A DNA stretch of 37,695 nucleotides from Acidobacteriota bacterium (GTDB lineage: Bacteria > Acidobacteriota > Terriglobia > Acidiferrales > UBA7541): the NCBI GenBank assembly GCA_003224075.1, contig QHYF01000013.1:1-37695 (forward strand), in the 5' to 3' direction. Made by a program: the position numbers and the translations under genes. Below, one piece after another: positions 33,992 to 37,695 of this stretch; position 1 is the first letter of the stretch; the number at the start of each line of letters is the position of its first letter. The notes under the pieces were generated by a model that was given only the letters and a program-made list of their open reading frames with translations, searched no databases and was not told where the DNA came from.

Positions 33992-34161
33992 TCGGCCTTA
34001 CCCTATGGTGTGCGATGCCTGTGAGGCGGTCCGGTTTGCCTCTATGGCGAGCATACCCCCGTGCCTTTCTAACCTGCAACCTGGGCCTTGGCCTCCAGAA
34101 ACACGAATGGCTCCACGACCTCGCCGTGGAGCCACCCAAATCTCAAATGGAATCTAGCGCT

Positions 34162-34380
34162 TCAGTGCGAGCATTTCGGAAAGAGCGTCACCAGAACCAT
34201 CAGGTCCGAAAGCGTGAACAGCCACTGGTCCGCATTGATACCTGCCGCTTCCGCTGCCCGCGCGATAAAGCCCAGGTGGCGGCTCTTGGCGAAATTGTGC
34301 ACGTGCTCGACGCAAATGCCGGTCAAGCTCGCCACTTCCGAATCGGTGAAGATCTTTTGGCTCGACTTCACAGTAACCAT
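34162..34380 (-). CDS. Small (72 aa) putative winged-HTH / excisionase-like DNA-binding protein
   Basis: SD GAGGAG 8 nt before ATG 34380. FTDSEVASLTGICVEHVHNFAK resembles the MerR/Xis 'T..EVA..LG' HTH start, and QWLFTLSDL resembles the wing motif. Confidence 0.65.
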   Translation of the reverse strand: MVTVKSSQKIFTDSEVASLTGICVEHVHNFAKSRHLGFIARAAEAAGINADQWLFTLSDLMVLVTLFPKCSH

Positions 34381-34461
34381 GGCCCTAGCTCCTCTACTCC
34401 GCCGCACATCGGCCACACTTTCTTTGATGCTTTGTGTAGCTTAGGCGCTGCATTTTTTCTG

Positions 34462-34477
34462 AGCAATAGTCGTTCCG
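34462..34477 (-). promoter_or_regulatory. Putative sigma54 (-24/-12) promoter
   Basis: Minus strand CGGAACG-ACTA-TTGCT: GG-N10-GC spacing with TTGCW, versus consensus TGGCACG-N4-TTGCW; ~80 nt upstream of the small HTH gene; A-tract-rich upstream region. Confidence 0.6.
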
Positions 34478-34612
34478 TTCCGAAGGCCAAAAACGAAGTG
34501 CCTAGTACTTTCTCTCTAAAGCCCGGCAAAAACAGCGCTTTTCCACATTTTCCCACACCGAAAACGTCTAGTACGAAGGGAAAACAAAGGAACAGCAAGA
34601 GGCAAAAATGTT

Positions 34613-35152
34613 CTACTTTTGCAATCTCCTTACTGTTTTCGGTAGGCTGGCGACGATCTCTCTCATCTGTTTTGTGTGGCGCAGCTCATGAGAGGCGATC
34701 AATTGGAACCACTGATAAGTGTTGAGCGTTCCCAGAAACGCCTGGGGCATGTGGTACTTGTTCAGATCGCGTTCCTTCGTTTCCTCAATAAATGCCAGGG
34801 TTCGTTCACGAACCCGCCGGAGCTCCGCGAGCATCTCTTCTTTTTCGCGCACCAGTTGAGGGTCGAGAGGAATTGGCGTCTTTCGACGGATCAGACGGGA
34901 TTCGACCAGAGCCATCGGAACATGGAATCGCCTGAAAAAAGGCAGCGATTTGGGCGGCTTCTCGAGCAACTCATCAGCACGGCCAATGATGGCTCGCTCG
35001 ACCATGATCAAATGGCCGACCAGTTCCCCAGCCGACCACTGGCCGTCGCTGGGGCTCGTCTTCCATAGGTCCGGCGGCACAGCATCGGCGGCGCGCAACA
35101 ATTCTCTCTGCGCGCGAGCCAAATTCTGGATAATCCTCACCGGGGTTGGCAC
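34613..35152 (-). CDS. DinB/YfiT-family putative metalloenzyme
   Basis: WSAGELVGHL near the N-terminus and SHELRH near the C-terminus form the three-His DinB signature; 26 nt downstream of gatA. Confidence 0.85.
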   Translation of the reverse strand: MPTPVRIIQNLARAQRELLRAADAVPPDLWKTSPSDGQWSAGELVGHLIMVERAIIGRADELLEKPPKSLPFFRRFHVPMALVESRLIRRKTPIPLDPQLVREKEEMLAELRRVRERTLAFIEETKERDLNKYHMPQAFLGTLNTYQWFQLIASHELRHTKQMREIVASLPKTVRRLQK

Positions 35153-35178
35153 GTTCTCTCGATCAACTCGCAGAAATG

Positions 35179-36618
35179 TCAGACGCTGGCGCCGCCGGCC
35201 TGCTCGAATGCGTGTGCCAGTTGCAAGACGCGTGCTTCTCCAAAAGCCGAACCAAAGATTTGCAACCCGACCGGCAGCTTTCCGCCGACTTTGCCACAGG
35301 GCACTGAAATACCTGGGACGCCTGCGAGTGAGCCTGTAACTGTATATATATCAGCTAGATACATTTGAAGGGGGTCGTCCGTGCGCTCGCCCAGTTTGAA
35401 CGCCGGCACCGGCGAGGTTGGCGTCAGAATGGCATCCACTTTCGTAAACGCATCGCGGAAATCCTGGGCGATCAGGGAACGCACTCTTTGCCCCTTCAGG
35501 TAGTAAGCGTCGTAATAACCCGCCGACAGGACGTACGTGCCAAGCACAATCCGCCGCTTCACTTCCGCGCCAAATCCCGCGCCTCGTGTCTTGCGATACA
35601 TCGAGAGCAGGGAATCGCCATGCACGCGCAAGCCATAACGCACGCCGTCATACCTGGCCAGGTTGGAACTGGCTTCCGCCGTCGCGATGATGTAGTAAGC
35701 CGCGATGGCGTAATCCGTGTGCGGCATGCGGATTTCAACCAGTCCGCATCCCAGCTTCTTGAAGATTGCGATGCCCGCCTCGATCTTCTGCCGGACGCCT
35801 GCTTCCATCCCCTCGCCGAAATACTCTTTCGGGATGCCCAGTCGTAGTCCCTTCACAGGTTTCTCAAGCTCTGCGCGATAGTCCGGTACGGGCGTCGTTG
35901 TTGAGGTCGAGTCGTGTGGGTCGCGCCCTGCGACGACCTGCAGAATTGCCGCGACATCTCCCACATTGGTAGCCAACGGCCCAATCCGATCCAGCGACGA
36001 CGCAAACGCAATCAACCCGTAACGGGAGACGCGTCCGTAACTGCCCATCATCGCGGGAATCCCGCAAAGCGCTCCAGGTTGGCGGATCGATCCCCCCGTG
36101 TCCGTTCCCAGCGCCGCCACGGCCAGCCCTGCCGCAACGGCCGCCGCAGAACCCCCGCTTGAGCCGCCGGGTACGCGGTCCGGCGCCACAGGGTTCTTCA
36201 CCGGTCCATAAGCGGAGTTCTCGTTCGAACTGCCCATCGCAAATTCGTCGCAGTTCGTTTTGCCGAGAATGACCGCACCGGCCGCTTCCAGCCGCTCGAC
36301 GGCCGTGGCATCGTAAGCCGGAATATGATTTTCGAGAATCTTCGACCCGCAAGTCGTTTTAATGCCGCGTGTGCTGATCACGTCTTTGATCGCCACGGGC
36401 ACGCCGGCCAGCGGCGGCAACGGCTTTCCCGCAGCCACCAGCGCATCAATCTTGTCCGTTTGCCTCCGAGCGCGCTCCGGCGACAACGCCAGATACGCAT
36501 TCAGCTCCGGATTTCGCGCCTCAATTCGCTTATAAAACTCGCCTGCCAGTTCCCCTGCCGAAATCTTCTTCGCCGCCAGGGCTTCCCTCACGCCGTCAAT
36601 TGTCCAGTTCGTCGTCAT
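35179..36618 (-). CDS. gatA: Glu/Asp-tRNA amidotransferase subunit A
   Basis: Amidase signature VAIKD, GKTNCDEFAMGSS, PGGSSGGSAAAVA, GTDTGGSIRQP; SSNLARYDGVRYG, EVKRRI, MYLADIYT. Confidence 0.97.
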   Translation of the reverse strand: MTTNWTIDGVREALAAKKISAGELAGEFYKRIEARNPELNAYLALSPERARRQTDKIDALVAAGKPLPPLAGVPVAIKDVISTRGIKTTCGSKILENHIPAYDATAVERLEAAGAVILGKTNCDEFAMGSSNENSAYGPVKNPVAPDRVPGGSSGGSAAAVAAGLAVAALGTDTGGSIRQPGALCGIPAMMGSYGRVSRYGLIAFASSLDRIGPLATNVGDVAAILQVVAGRDPHDSTSTTTPVPDYRAELEKPVKGLRLGIPKEYFGEGMEAGVRQKIEAGIAIFKKLGCGLVEIRMPHTDYAIAAYYIIATAEASSNLARYDGVRYGLRVHGDSLLSMYRKTRGAGFGAEVKRRIVLGTYVLSAGYYDAYYLKGQRVRSLIAQDFRDAFTKVDAILTPTSPVPAFKLGERTDDPLQMYLADIYTVTGSLAGVPGISVPCGKVGGKLPVGLQIFGSAFGEARVLQLAHAFEQAGGASV

Positions 36619-36644
36619 GCTATCTCGCCGCTTGTCACTCGCCA

Positions 36645-36947
36645 CTACCTCTCAATCACCTTCGGCACCCGAAAATACGGCGGCTCGGGATCGGGCGCGT
36701 GTTTTAGGACGTCCTCAGCCACCGCGCACGGCACCACCAGGTCCTCCCGCAGCGTTGCGTCCGCCTGCTGATCACCAGTCAGAACTTGCGCCATCGGCTC
36801 AACCTTGGCGGTGTCCAGCTCGTTCAGCTTCCCGATGTATTCCAGAATCTCGTCAATTTGCGCGCGGTACGTCTCCAGCTCCGTCTCGCTCAAATCGAGA
36901 TAGGCCAGCTCCGCCACACGCATCACGTCTTCCCGGCTGATTTTCAA
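36645..36947 (-). CDS. gatC: Glu/Asp-tRNA amidotransferase subunit C
   Basis: TTG start (AGGA upstream) giving MKISREDVMRVAELAYLDL...ILEYIGKLNELDT...LRED...YFRVPKVIE. Confidence 0.95.
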   Translation of the reverse strand: MKISREDVMRVAELAYLDLSETELETYRAQIDEILEYIGKLNELDTAKVEPMAQVLTGDQQADATLREDLVVPCAVAEDVLKHAPDPEPPYFRVPKVIER

Positions 36948-36988
36948 AGCGCGATTTCCTGCTTCACAGAGGTTCAGACAACAGCAAA

Positions 36989-36997
36989 ATTCTAGCA
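36989..36997 (-). promoter_or_regulatory. Extended -10 promoter for gatCA
   Basis: Minus strand TG-C-TAGAAT about 40 nt upstream of the gatC start. Confidence 0.5.
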
Positions 36998-37103
36998 CAC
37001 CACTGCAGCGTCATCGGCGCCACCCGTTGCAGGGGAAATCGCGAGCTAGTGGCCTGACACTCGCTTGATATGAGACTTCGGTCGCGGTTTTGCAGGTCTC
37101 TTA

Positions 37104-37695
37104 TCAGTTTTGACTGGCAACCGCCGCTGGTTCGAACTCCACGACCGAATGATGCATGCTTGCCATTCGCCAGTGTCCGTCGGACTTGCGGCACATCGCC
37201 ATGCCCCGTCCGCGCAAGACGCCCCGCGCCGATTCAATCGTGAACTGGTATTCGTACCAGACTGCTTCTCCGATCGGGTGAAAAGCGCTTTCCTGGATTT
37301 CCAGTCGCGCTGCCGGCTTTTGGTGAAAGTAGCGCTCGCGAAAATACCCGATGGCCTGCTCGCGGCCATAAAGTTCGGCACCCACGGTGAACAGCACGAT
37401 CTTGGGGTCGAGACACTCGGTGAAGGTTTTTTCGTCCGACTCGTTGAACGCATTCAAGCAGCGTCGCATCTCGCTTTTCATCTCGGCCGCAAGTGCATTG
37501 CCGCGATTCTCGCTCGCCGTCGTTACGTGCACCAACTGACGCTTCATGTCAATCGTTGCTCCCAATTTCGCCAGGAGGTCTACCCCGAGGATGCCGTCGA
37601 TCTTCTGCCCGCAAGCGTTTCCGACCGCCGACAGGTCGATAGCCATCAGCTTCAACCCCATCAATTTCGTGCCGCCCACGACGACCTCGTTCAAG
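37104..37695 (-). CDS. Partial: retropepsin-like aspartyl protease domain fused to C-terminal SnoaL/NTF2-like domain (5' end outside window)
   Basis: IDLSAV...IDGILGVDLLAKLGATIDMKRQLV is the typical C-terminal half of a clan AA Asp_protease domain. AFNESDEKTFTECLDPKIVLF...GHWRMASMHHS is typical of the NTF2/SnoaL fold. Confidence 0.75.
   Translation of the reverse strand, partial: LNEVVVGGTKLMGLKLMAIDLSAVGNACGQKIDGILGVDLLAKLGATIDMKRQLVHVTTASENRGNALAAEMKSEMRRCLNAFNESDEKTFTECLDPKIVLFTVGAELYGREQAIGYFRERYFHQKPAARLEIQESAFHPIGEAVWYEYQFTIESARGVLRGRGMAMCRKSDGHWRMASMHHSVVEFEPAAVASQN

Noticed and set aside
34539-34557. DnaA-box matches TTTTCCACA (34539-34547; also 15441-15449 and near-match 14093-14101) as possible oriC
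   Set aside because: Isolated matches at about the frequency expected by chance for a degenerate 9-mer in 37 kb; no cluster and no dnaA/dnaN nearby.

Overview
GC-rich bacterial chromosomal core region, probably Acidobacteriota (inferred from gene order and RNA polymerase inserts). On the minus strand: rpsA (cut by the window edge, with a ~106-aa acidic N-terminal extension), a stand-alone DnaC/IstB-like AAA+ ATPase, and an hspR-dnaJ-dnaK heat-shock operon lacking grpE, whose perfect sigma70 promoter is overlapped by a HAIR-like operator. On the plus strand: a DsbA-like / MauE-DoxX-like / FmdE-like three-gene cluster and PBP1A. These are followed by thiL (minus, with an apparent in-frame deletion), an M23 peptidase and a membrane-anchored hypothetical. 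Next is the tRNA(Thr-Tyr-Thr-Gly)-tuf-rpmG-tRNA(Trp)-secE-nusG-rplKAJL-rpoBC cluster and an orphan PAS hybrid histidine kinase. The right end (minus strand) holds a secreted hypothetical, a 72-aa HTH-like protein behind a sigma54-type promoter, a DinB protein, gatA, gatC and a partial aspartyl-protease/SnoaL fusion. I saw no CRISPR array, integrase, transposase or rRNA. The most notable signals are: an 8-Cys insertion in RpoB that aligns without gaps to the RpoC zinc-binding domain in this same window; a candidate non-DsbB disulfide relay (DsbA + MauE-like); the HspR/HAIR-controlled dnaKJ operon next to a leaderless DnaC-like gene; the ThiL deletion; and a tuf gene with strand composition opposite to its surroundings. 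All annotations come from manual motif reading; no database searches were run.
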